From Octopus bimaculoides (lineage: Eukaryota), in assembly GCF_001194135.2 (NCBI RefSeq), contig NC_068983.1:46122229-46163287 (forward strand): DNA of 41,059 nucleotides. Direction: 5' to 3'. Under the pieces are notes generated by a model. The model was given only the letters and a program-made list of their open reading frames with translations, was not told where the DNA came from and did no database searches. Both the position numbers and the translations under genes were made by a program. This document shows, piece by piece, positions 21,754-34,893 of the stretch. The number at the start of each line of letters is the position of its first letter. Position 1 is the first letter of the stretch.

Positions 21754-23800
21754 GTGATGGTGATGGTGATGGTGATGGTGATTATGAGGAAGAGGAGCAA
21801 GAGCAGGAGCAGCAGCAGTGGAGGAGGAAGAGGAGGACCAGGAAGAGGAGGACCAGGAACAGGACCTTTTGGGTAAATACTGCTGAATATCACAATATTG
21901 TTGAAGATGTGATTTAATAAGACGTCTTTATCGCATTAGGCATCATATGAAAATTAACCCCTTTAAAATAACACAGCAAAAATAGAATTATAGAATTATA
22001 GAATTATAGCAGAATGTGTTAGGCTTACCTTGTTGGCAAAAACGTCCAAAATAGTTTGCAGTGCACTGACAAGTGTAGTGGAAAGCCTTATTAATACAAG
22101 TTCCTCCGTTCTTACACGGACTGTTTTGGCACGGATTAACTAGGAAATATAAATATTTCTTAATGTGAAAAGAATTTATAAATTTTAAGAGAACATGAAA
22201 TAATACCTTTTTTTTTTAAATACTGGATCTCAAATCAGACAAACTATAAAGAATAACATGTATCCAAAGAGTTGTTAAACCAATATTACACGCTGCTTCT
22301 TATAGCTTTGTCTGCTCCGAGCTTTGCCATTCAAAAGAAAATAGAATTATATAAATTTATATTAAAATATTAGAATTATAGTACGTTTGTGCTTTCGAGA
22401 TCTACGTAAATATTGCAATCATTATGTATTTTAGAGCTATCTGCAATGAGTGACAAAAACACAGTCATGGTATAACGGTCTTTTGTCAGAGTTAATTCTT
22501 CAATAACTATATCTGTTTAGCTAGAGGTCAATCCTGACCAAGCTAACATATAATCAAAGGCTTTCCAGTCGCGACCACATCATCTTTTTAAAGATATCTA
22601 GGACAGTAACATCTAATGTATCTTTTGAATTTTAAAGGTGGTTGGTCTTGATTTCTAGCAACTGGGTCATTATCGGCTATATACAGTCGCTCTATAAGGA
22701 ATACGCTATTTTTTTTTTTTTAATCGTAGGTCATTTATCTAAAACTGAATCACAATACGAACTATCTTTCTCATTTACATAGATGTATGAAAGAAACTGT
22801 TTTAATGCTTACCAGAACACATATTTGTTACCAGGGCGGTTTTTATTGAGATAAGTGAATCATAGCCGTCCACAGTGAAGAGACCACCTGAATCTGGTCG
22901 ACTAGAAATTGTTTTCAGTTCTGCAACGGAAACGTTATTTCCGATTCCCAACACAAGAACATTTATTCCATTTTGTTTCAGTAGTGCAGCTGCACGTGAC
23001 GTATACGCCGGTAGTTTTGATTTACTTCCAATTATTGGAATAACACTACGAGATGTTTTGGGACGACTTCCGAAGTTGTGATTGAAGACCTTTGCTCTAA
23101 TATAATTCAACCCTACATGAAACAAAGGTTTTCCCTTAGAATACGTTATATTCTGTAATGCCTTCATGAGTGTTTCTAAATTTCCACCGTCTTTCAAGGA
23201 AATATGATTATTAGCAACTGTGCTGGTTGTAATGAGTCCAATTCTCATAGATTCCAGCTGAATATTAAAGGATTGTATAAGATTCTTCACAAACTGTTTA
23301 ATTTTTATAAAGTTTTCCTCTCCAATGCTTTCAGAATCGTCGATCATAAACGCAAGATCAATTGGTTTATTACACACTGAAACAGAAATAAATACGTAAT
23401 AAAACATCTTAGTTTTCGGTTTTTAGATACATTTCGCGGATGCTCTGGGGTGCATCATCAATGGTGTTTCTAGGGTTCCAGAAAATGCACGTATATTTTA
23501 GTAAAAGTTACGTAATAAATTTCTCCTGAAAAACATCTCATCCTACAAGAATCAAAATCCTCTATAAAATATCAGAATCAAGTGGTTAATAAATGAATAA
23601 ATGAATAAATATATTCATTACGTGTCACAGATATATATATACATATATATGCATATATATATGCATACATATATATACATATGTATATATACATGCATAT
23701 ATAAATATATATACATACATATATATACACACAAACATATATGTACATACATATATATACACATACATATATGTACATACATATATATATATACATATGT

Positions 23801-23843
<43 letters not shown>

Positions 23844-25490
23844 NNNNNNNNNNNNNNNNNNNNNNNNNNNNNNNNNNNNNNNNNNNNNNNNNNNNNNNNN
23901 NNNNNNNNNNNNNNNNNNNNNNNNNNNNNNNNNNNNNNNNNNNNNNNNNNNNNNNNNNNNNNNNNNNNNNNNNNNNNNNNNNNNNNNNNNNNNNNNNNNN
24001 NNNNNNNNNNNNNNNNNNNNNNNNNNNNNNNNNNNNNNNNNNNNNNNNNNNNNNNNNNNNNNNNNNNNNNNNNNNNNNNNNNNNNNNNNNNNNNNNNNNN
24101 NNNNNNNNNNNNNNNNNNNNNNNNNNNNNNNNNNNNNNNNNNNNNNNNNNNNNNNNNNNNNNNNTACATACATATATATATATACACTGAATTGTGGCAC
24201 AGTATGGACGGATTCCGGAGTACCGAGGAACTTTTATGTAAATATATCAAATTAAGAATTCTACGAGGTATATTACAATGGGCAATACCAAGTGGAATCT
24301 CACCTTCTATCTCTCATGTTTCTCCCTCTTTTAATTTCTTCTTTGTGATATAATTCTTGGGAAAGAATACATTTGCGGCTGAAGATAGCTTTATACTATC
24401 AATTATATACCAATAATGATGCAACAACTATAAAGCTTGAAACACGTGTACCGCAGAATCCGTTGTATTTTGTTTTTTGTTTTTATTTTTACATTTCCAA
24501 TTTTATATATATATACAGAAGTTATTTTGGAATTAATTAAGTGTTGACTTATAGACTTAAAAAGATTCAAGATGAGTATTATGACATCAACTTGACCAGT
24601 ATAGATGTTCTACAAAGACTCTGCGCATTGCCTCTTACAGACTTAACAAGTAAAAGGCAATACCACTTTCAATTCATAGCAAATAGAAAATGCAATGTTC
24701 TAACATCCATACATTTTTAGAGAGTAGAATAGCAGAAACCAAAGTCATTCGACAGAATAAATATCAGACTTTAAAAATAAGTACTGGGGGCCGATTAGTT
24801 CGACTAAAAATTTGAAGGCGGTGCTCCAGCAAGGCTGTAATCTAATGACTGAAACAAGTAAACACTAAACGGTAGTTGAAACCGATTTAATCAGCAGTGC
24901 TCTCGACCACTAAATTTTTTTCTGGTACTTAAATAAGTGTTCATTTGTAATTTGTAAGGAAAAGGTAAAGATACTTTCTTGATCCCTACAGACTCATAAG
25001 GGCCTGTTTCCCGATTTTCATGGCGTATAGATTCCCCACCTGGATGGGACGCCGGTCTGTTGCAGGATTACTCATTTTTATCAGTTCAGTGGACTGAAGC
25101 AACGTGAAATGAAGTGTTTTACTCAAGAACACAACGCGTCGGCCGGTCCAGGAATCGAAATCACAATCTTACGATCATGAGGCTAACACCTTAACCACTA
25201 AGCCACGCTATTCATTTGTAATTCATTTATAATGCTTTACTCACCTATAGGTCTACATATATTATTTGTATATTATTTGACTGCGGCCATGCTGGAGCAC
25301 CACCTTTAGTCGAGCAAATCGCTGCCAGGACTTATTCTTTATAAGCCTAGTACTTATTATATCGGTCTATTATGCCGAACCGCTAGGTGTCGGGACATAA
25401 ACACACCAGCATTGGTTGTCAAGTGATGTTGAGGAGACAAACACTAACACACAAACATATATACACACACACACACACACGCACACACAT

Positions 25491-25527
<37 letters not shown>

Positions 25528-28500
25528 ATATATATATATATATATANNNNNNNNNNNNNNNNNNNNNNNNNNNNNNNNNNNNNNNNNNNNNNNNNNNNNN
25601 NNNNNNNNNNNNNNNNNNNNNNNNNNNNNNNNNNNNNNNNNNNNNNNNNNNNGGATCGAAATTTCGGCCAGGTCATCTGTGCCTCTCATTCTTATAGAGT
25701 CGATAATACAAGTGCTACTTGAAGACTGGACTCCATTTAATCAAATTACCACCTCACCTGAAATTAGTGGGCTTCGACAAAAATTTCAATCCTGTTATTA
25801 CAATTATACTTGAAAACAACGAAGAACAAATTATTTGCCTAAAATTACCAGTTAAGTGAAAATGCATTAATAATAATTATAAAAACTTTACTCACCAGTG
25901 TGAACACATTTTCCGTTATGAAGAATGAAATTTTCATTACAAACACATGCATGTCTCCGTCTTTGAATTCCGCAATGGCTGCTTTCACCACAAGGAGCGA
26001 TATTTTCTGTTACTATTTCGTTACCAGGTTTACATATTTTCTTCGTTTTACAATCTGCTGATATAATTTCCTCATTAACCTGTAGGTAAAATTCAATAAA
26101 TTACAACCATATTATACCAGTGTATATTTATGGATAGAACATTTGATGAAACTTTAAAATATTCCAGCAGAATATTGATGGTGTTTCTAAGAGTGAAGCT
26201 GAAAACCTCATTTTATCACGTATGATAATTCATTACAATACGCTGTCATTGATATTCCTAGGTAAATTTCTAGTAGCGGAACACAGAGAGCTTTTATATG
26301 AGGAAAGTATACGTCGTGAACAGATGATCGGTTCCAAAGTTAACATCAACAAAAATGTCCAGCAATCTATTTAATAACGAGTTAGCTATCTATATCTTTT
26401 GTGCCTAATGGTGTTATTATACAGCCCAAATGTATGTCGGTGTGTATGTACATTTGTATGTGTGTGTCTGTCTGTCTGTGTGTGTATATGTGTGTGCGCG
26501 CGTGTATGGTATACATGTTTATCTATGTATACAAACTTGTATATAGTACTTTACCTTCATATATATCTTGTTGTCGCTACAACCGCATTCTGATNNNNNN
26601 NNNNNNNNNNNNNNNNNNNNNNNNNNNNNNNNNNNNNNNNNNNNNNNNNNNNNNNNNNNNNNNNNNNNNNNNNNNNNNNNNNNNNNNNNNNNNNTGCCAG
26701 AGTAAATTGTCATAGTGATAACTACGGAAATTTGCAGAAAGAGTATGGGCCGCACAGAAATGTACGAGTGGTCCAGACGTTTCCAAAATATCCGAAAAAT
26801 TGTCGATGTTCACGAACGTTCTGGAAGACCGACAACCAGCAGAACTGAGGAAAACATCGCAATTGTGCGTGAAGCTGTGAAGAATAAACGTCGAATCTCC
26901 ATCTGTAAGCGATCAGAGGATATGCAGATTAGTTACGGCTCAGTTCAGTCCATTACTACAGATGATTTGATCATGAGAAGCGTTTCTGCCAAGTTAGTGC
27001 TCAAACTGTGTACAACTGACCAAAAATACANNNNNNNNNNNNNNNNNNNNNNNNNNNNNNNNNNNNNNNNNNNNNNNNNNNNNNNNNNNNNNNNNNNNNN
27101 NNNNNNNNNNNNNNNNNNNNNNNNNNNNNNNNNNNNNNNNNNNNNNNNNNNNNNNNNNNNNNNNNNNNNNNNNNNNNNNNNNNNNNNNNGTTATATACCT
27201 CGGTCACCCGCTAAACATTTTCTTTCCAAGCACTGCTATAGAAGGCGAAAGTGAGCTACAACGTCAATACTTCGAGAGCATGCACAGTAGACATCACGCT
27301 GAGATCAAGCTCAATCTGTACACAATGGCTTCATTCTACGTGTTTTCGCTTCGTTACTATATCAAAGGTCCGGATACTGACTGATCAGACCTCGAAAGTG
27401 TTTGCTTCAAGTTATGAATCACTGTCATCTAAAAGCACAAACTCGATTCCTACAGTCGAACAATGCATCTGATGGATTCACCAATTACAAAATTATAATC
27501 TCTCAAAGAACTGAAATGTAATTCGACTAAATTTCATCTCGGATACATCAAGATGTAATGCGCCATTTATCCTGTTCTTTGAGGAATGTAAGGAATCGGT
27601 ATATCTTACGGCATCGTGATTTTTCTCTCCAGTTAACGAAAATCCCCAAACTTTCGCATTCTGAAGCAAAACCTTCAATGATTCGACAGAAAACAGAGTG
27701 AAGGTTGTTCAAATCGTTGTGATAAACACAGACATCGATTCTACAAGACTCCAAGTATTCTTCTAGACTCGAAGCTCCGATCTTTTCAATGCAGGCGTCA
27801 AAGATTTTGTCCTTCATAAAAACACATTCTTTTGTCTCTTCCTTTGTACAATTCGCATTAAGATCTCCCACATTGCATCTGAAAGTTAAAATAGAAAGCG
27901 GAATGATGAAGTTAAGAATTAATTGTTATGATGTACGATTTCTCATTTGCTAACTAGAAACAATGCGGATTTTCTGAGTAAAACTTACTGTTGAGTGGAT
28001 CAATTATGATTCACATCTCTCTACTTTCGTTAGCTTCTGATGTACAACAAAATTCCAGAAGTCAAATATTCCTTACATCTAAAACGTTACCAAATCATCT
28101 AAGATTGTTAACTCATTTCTTCCCTTATACATACAAGCACAAACACGAACATCATTCACCATATACAAGTAACACATGCGCNNNNNNNNNNACAAGCACA
28201 AACACGAACATCATTCACCATATACAAGTAACACATGCGCACATTCTTTGATCGTAGATCAGCTGGATCAGAACGATTCATTTCCTTTTTATTCTAGGCA
28301 CGAGGCTCGTAAATTTTGAGGATGGGGCCAGTCGATTAGATCGACCCAATTACGCAGCTAGTACATAATTTATCGACCCTAGAGGAATTTGAAAGAACAN
28401 NNNNNNNNNNNNNNNNNNNNNNNNNNNNNNNNNNNNNNNNNNNNNNNNNNNNNNNNNNNNNNNNNNNNNNNNNNNNAATCTGACGTTTGAGAGGATGGAG

Positions 28501-31500
28501 TCAGTCGGTTCCAACTTGATTGCTACTTACTTTATCGAGAAGGATGAATACCAAAGACGGCGTCGTCGACATTTCAACGCAGAACGCAAAGATCAAACAG
28601 AAATAATTCTAAGCATTTTGGTGTGTGAGGCAACGGAAACTATTTTTATTTAAGGCTGTATTTTTATTTAAGTTTATCTTTATGGAGGCTAATCGATAAC
28701 ATCGACCTAGTATTTGACTGGCAATATTATCGACTACGAACTCGGAATGTAAGGAACCCAAGGAATCGCCGCAAATCATTTTTGCCACGCTCTAAACATT
28801 CTGCCAGCTCACAGATTAACGTGAAATCTTGATATTAAAACATTTAAAATACTATCAACAATTTACATAATATTTATTCTTGATTTTGGAGTTTGAGAAA
28901 GAAAATAGTCATTACTTTGTTTCTGGTTTATCACTGTCATCTGTAACTTGATAACTGGCACCAATTAAAGAAAATTTATCTGGTTTCTGAGAAACATCTT
29001 CACCAGANNNNNNNNNNNNNNNNNNNNNNNNNNNNNNNNNNNNNNNNNNNNNNNNNNNNNNNNNNNNNNNNNNNNNNNNNTCAATTGATCGGCAAATATT
29101 GGTGGTAATGTAACAGTGACTCTGTGTCTACCATCAAACATGACCTTCAAACCCCACATAGTGGTAACTGTAATCCACCCGACAGAGTATGTGGCTGAAA
29201 ACTCTCTATAATTTCTTACAGGTAAGGATTTCTCTACTGAATTTATCTGAAAATTAAATTCAAGAAAATAGGACAGGCGTGCAAATCAAGTAATATTTCT
29301 TTATACATAAATNNNNNNNNNNNNNNNNNNNNNNNNNNNNNNNNNNNNNNNNNNNNNNNNNNNNNNNNNNNNNNNNNNNNNNNNNNNNNNNNNNNNNNNN
29401 NNNNNNNNNNNNGAAAATAGGACAGGCGTGCAAATCAAGTAATATTTCTTTATACATAAATCATGGATTATTTTTAATATTTTACTTGTTTCAGTCATTG
29501 GACTTTGGCCATGCTGCAGCACCACCTTCAAGAGATTACTCGGGCAAGTCTTCCGACGTACATCTTTTATTTTATATCCAGTACTTACCCTATCGCCTCC
29601 TTTTACCGAACCGTTAAGTTACGTAGACGTAAACAAATCTCACCAGTATATATATATATCACTGCTACATTACATTTTGCTCTTTTTATAATTTGGCCAC
29701 CTTAGAATATACTTAAGAGCATGGAAATCATAATTCAATTGACACGCCTTCGCTCCTTTCATTAAAAAATATAACATCAACATCTTCTGAAAGCCGAATA
29801 TCTATGAATTACCCACACTGTCTTCTGGAAACGACGACTATTGGTAATATGATGCTCTTTTGTCAGCTAGTGATGTGCTTACATACCACATGCTGAAAAA
29901 CAGTTTGTTAGCATCTCACCGATTGAAGAGGATCTCTTATGTTCATTTGTTTGGCAACCGCTAAAATCCGTTATTAATCATATTGTAATAACCGTGATTA
30001 ATTCCACATTTTATCAATGATTTTATATCTATTTTAATACGTAAATATGTTCAGTATTATGTTATTGATTCGATACGTCAAATATTACAATTACGTCTTT
30101 GATTTAGTTCCATATTCAATTTTTTCCTAAGTCTACGATTTAAATTTGTTTCCTTGCATTATATCTTCGTTTCGTTTCTTGGTTACAATTATTAGAAGCG
30201 TGACATTCGAAAATACAACTTCACCTGCAGAATGAAATTATGGTTGGTTATTACACATTTACATAACTATAGAGTGAAGAGAGACAAAATGTACGTACCA
30301 AGATTTTGTTAGCTGGCAACAGACGAATTGTGTAACCAGTGAGTTTGACATCCACTAAACGTGTGTAAGATACACGGTCATTTCCTCGGTGTTCGTTCTT
30401 TACTTCAACAGAAAAGTCGGTATTGTTCGATCCGTTCTTATTAGTAGCCAGTGTATATTTGCATGTCCCCATGAAATGTATCATTTGTCCATCGAACGTT
30501 CTATAGTGAGGGTCACCAGACGCTTCACATCTACAGGGCCGCAGAACTGGAGAAAGAAACCAATGGAGACTTATAGCACAGACAATGGCGCATAAAACTG
30601 ACCACAGTTGTTCATTTTATTGACTTCTAGGATATGAAAAGCGTAGATGATTCGGAAGGAGATTTAATGCTCTGAGGACACAAAGGGACATAACTTAAAA
30701 CCATAAATTTTTTATCCCACTCAGTATTTGCTGCTCTATGTCTAGTGCTACACATTTAAGATAAGTGCAGAGATAATTCCGTGGATCCTGTCTGTGGTTG
30801 AGACTTTATTTAATCCACGACATAATAAAGAAAGGCAATATTTACTCTACTCGTATTTGGTTTCAGCATGGAGACAGCAACTAAATGCAGCATGAAGTCG
30901 GGCGTTCTACCAATTCTGCCATCCACTGCCCGATTAGATATGGCATTGAGTCTTTATATTTATATAGCTTCAAAGCAGATTTGAATAATTTGAACTAAAT
31001 TCAAATAGCCGTAACTGCTAACTCAATTCATTTTGTCTCGCGTTTTATCTATCCCAGCTTCCAGCGCCTTTTATGTTAAGTTTATATAAATACTTACCAC
31101 TGCATGCTTTAGTTGAGAATGTCGATGATATACTCTGTAAGACAGCAAAACTATTCACTGAAAATACGTATTTCGAACTCGGCTCGCTACCAATTGCTTT
31201 GAGTTCGGTATTCGAAATCTTTTTCCCGACTCCAATTGCGAATATAATAGTTCCACTCTTTTTGAGCTTTTCGGCTGCTTTTACTGTCCAGACTTGATTA
31301 TTTGAGTTTCCGTCTGTGATGACAACTGCAATATTCAATACATCTTTTCGGTCACCAGATATTGCACTGAAGGAAGAATCTTTAAGGTAATTTAAAGCGG
31401 CATAGGTGTGTGTCCAGCCTCCGGTGTGACCTATTCTGTCAATCGCTGCGTTTATTTCGAGGATATTTCTGTATTTATTCATATTAAATTGGTTCTTTAC

Positions 31501-33291
31501 AGCGGTGCTAAATGTGATAATACCAACTTGGACAGCATTTGACGATATTGGAAAAGATGAGACAAGTTTCTTGACAAAATGTTTCATCAATAGAAATTCA
31601 TCCTTAGAAATGCTTCCAGAGTCGTCTAATACAAACATGATATCTGCTACAGCATTTCCACACTCTGAAACTAAAGTGAAATAAAAAATGTATTACAATA
31701 GTAATATATATTTACATGAATGTTTAAGTCGGCGTGATAACAGAATCGTTAGCATGCCAGGCGAAATTCTTAGCGGCGGTTCGTCCGTCTTTACGTTCTC
31801 AGCTCGAATTACATCAAGGTCGACATTGCTTTTTATCCTTTCGGAATGGGTAAAATAAGTACCAGTTGAACACTGGAATCAATTTAATCGACTTATCCCC
31901 CTCCCCAAAAATTGTTGGCGCTGTGCCAAAATTTAGAACCAATATACTTGGTCGAGTGTGCATGTGGGAGGCTAAATATTCCGGTACACCCCTATATATA
32001 TAGTCTAGGTAAATGCATCTGATGAAGACTGATCAAATTTACGTTGACAAACGTATTTGAAGAGTCAGAAACCGGTCCTGCATTATCCGATTCTGCGTTG
32101 TCCATTTATCGAATGTCCTTCCTAGAGGTAAGACAAATTTTTCGTGTTTGTTGCACTCACACGTCCTTGCCAGTATATACGCAGTGAAGCTTTACAATAG
32201 CGTCATATTTGTATCTTAGATAAATTGTAGATATGTTTCGACCAAAGATTGGTCCAGGCCATGTCTAACTTAGTAGCACCACCTGATACGATTATCTAAA
32301 TCCTTTTTACAGTCAAGTTTTGTCTATGGTCCATTCAAGTAGTGAGTTCTTATTGAGTGAGCTGTATCCAGGTATGGGTGGCTTGTCTGGTATTCTTTGA
32401 AGAAAGCTGTCCAGACTCCGTTTAAAGCTGATAAGATCCTTTTCCTCTTTTATCTGTTTCGGGACAATGTTAAACAGGGCAGGGCCTGTTGAGGTAAAGA
32501 AATTATGCCGCAATGTACCTATATGTCGTGATTCTGAATTGGGCAGAGGACGTATGGCTCGTGGTCCCAGGCTTGGATGAACCTTGAAACTAATTTTCAG
32601 GTCGTTTGGGCAATGCTGGCGGTATATTTTCCACATCGTACAAATGATGTACCGCTCGCGGCGGCGCTGGAGAGAGCAGAGCTTCAAGGCTTTAAGGCAG
32701 TCCCAGTAATCAAGATCAATCATGCCTTTAATTCATTTGGTGAGTGCCCTCTGGGATGATTCAATCCTCGAGATGTTTTGTTTTGTATGGGAAGACAACA
32801 AGGGGCAGCAGTATTCGAGGTGTGGTCGTACAAAGGAGAAAAGTGGAATGATGACACCTTGTTTTTTGGACCGGAAGTTTCTTAAGATCCAGGAGCTCAT
32901 CCTACGAGCTATATCGACCTTATTTTTTATGTGGACACTCCAATTGAGGTTGTTGTCAACAATTACACCCAGATCTCTGGTATTGTTGGATGCCGTGAGC
33001 GGTTCCCCTGAAGGAAGACGGTATGGCAATTTTAGTATGGACTTTCTTCCAAAATGCCTCTGCTCAAATTTTCCCTCGTTCAGTTTCATTTTGTTTTTAT
33101 CTGCCCATTGACTCACAGCATATAGATCAGTCTGGAGTTGGGTTCGGTCTTCTTCATTGATGATTTGCTGGAGCTTAGTGTCATCAGTAAATATTTTCAC
33201 TTTGCAGTGATTTACGACGCTGGAAAGGTCATTTATATAAATCGGCTGCTATTTCCAGTAAATATTGGTGCTTTGTTGTAACACTCATCTG

Positions 33292-33330
<39 letters not shown>

Positions 33331-33723
33331 CATCATGGGAAGCATACATTAGAGAGAATTTACTGCAATCAGACGAAGTACGAACAGAATCGACTTTATA
33401 AAAATTAAATACTATGATTGTTTATCGTAGGAGTACTGAGTACAGATATCACACTTACAAGCATATATGAGAGGATGCTGAAAAGTTCCTGCTTTTAAGG
33501 TGTCGTGAAAGGCCTGGTAGAAGGCCCAACATACCAAGTTCCTCTACAGCGCTTAGAGAAACTGAAGGACCGCTGCAATGGGCGTGTAAAACGGACAGAA
33601 AAGGGTGAATAAAATCATAATTAACTGATCCACCTTTATTGTCTCTTACCCAACGATTGGAACTTTCCAGCAACCCCTTGTACACACAGATATATATGTA
33701 TGTGCGCATATGTTTGTGTATGC

Positions 33724-33795
<72 letters not shown>

Positions 33796-34323
33796 NNNNN
33801 NNNNNNNNNNNNNNNNNNNNNNNNNNNNNNNNNNNNNNNNNNNNNNNNNNNNNNNNNNNNNNNNNNNNNNNNNNNNNNNNNNNNNNNNNNNNNNNNNNNN
33901 NNNNNNNNNNNNNNNNNNNNNNNNNNNNNNNNNNNNNNNNNNNNNNNNNNNNNNNNNNNNNNNNAAAATGAATATACTGTTCATAATTTTGCATAATTTT
34001 TCATAATTTTACATGACCCTCGTTTTCATCCTTTTCATAGGCAGAAAATAATGGTATGATTCAAGGACAACAATACTCAAACCAGAAACTCCCCTAATCC
34101 CAAGGAATATCCTAAGAGGATCTATTTTAAGGGCTGTCTAATCAGGGTGTGGGGGAAAATAGCAAAGTCCCCCGTCACAATGGAGAATATCCAGCCTGTT
34201 AGGATGTACTATTCCGAAAGTCCACCAAGGCACTCTACTGTGAATATTACTCGGCAACGACGGGATACTCAGTTAATGTGTGTGTGTGTGTGTGTGGATA
34301 GAGAGAGAGAGAGAGAAATAGAA

Positions 34324-34355
<32 letters not shown>

Positions 34356-34823
34356 GGATAGAAAGAGAGAAAGAGAGAAAGAGGGGGAATTTTGTGGAAT
34401 AACATGCAAACTTTCTCCTAAGGTCCTAACCAAGCCAGTCAACCAATCGCGCCTTTCTCAATATGTAAACATGAACAACCTACGTTAGCTTTAAATATAC
34501 TTGTAAAACAAAATCTATGGCAAAACTATGCCTATAAATTATGGGGACTTTTAATGTTATACTTACGTATGTTACAGTCTCTTCCAGTGTAACCAGGTCG
34601 GCAGTTACAAGTAAATGTATGTCCTTTCCTGATACATTCGCCGCCGTTCTTACATGGTTTCGTATAGCATGGGTTGACTAGTGTATAAAAGAAATAGAAG
34701 CTGTATTTCACAATCACATCTTTATTTACAACGGAATATAGAAGAATTCGTTTTAAAATTTCTCTTTACTTCTCTAATTATTTTCTCTCCTATTCTCCCT
34801 CAATTGTAGCAAGAAAAATTGAT

Positions 34824-34893
<70 letters not shown>

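Noticed and set aside
21655-21893. ORF ending in GGPGRGGPG (RGG-like)
   Set aside because: Compound trinucleotide repeat drift, not a supported exon.
27190-27530. Possible Penelope GIY-YIG remnant followed by ATGCATCTGATGG (hammerhead-like start)
   Set aside because: Too degraded: there are multiple stops and the core reads CUGAUGG, so it is only mentioned as supporting context.
28133-28241. Identical ~50-bp sequences on both sides of a 10-N gap (also 29264-29312 and 29413-29461)
   Set aside because: Exact copies flanking gaps are typical unmerged contig overlaps, i.e. assembly artefacts rather than biological repeats.
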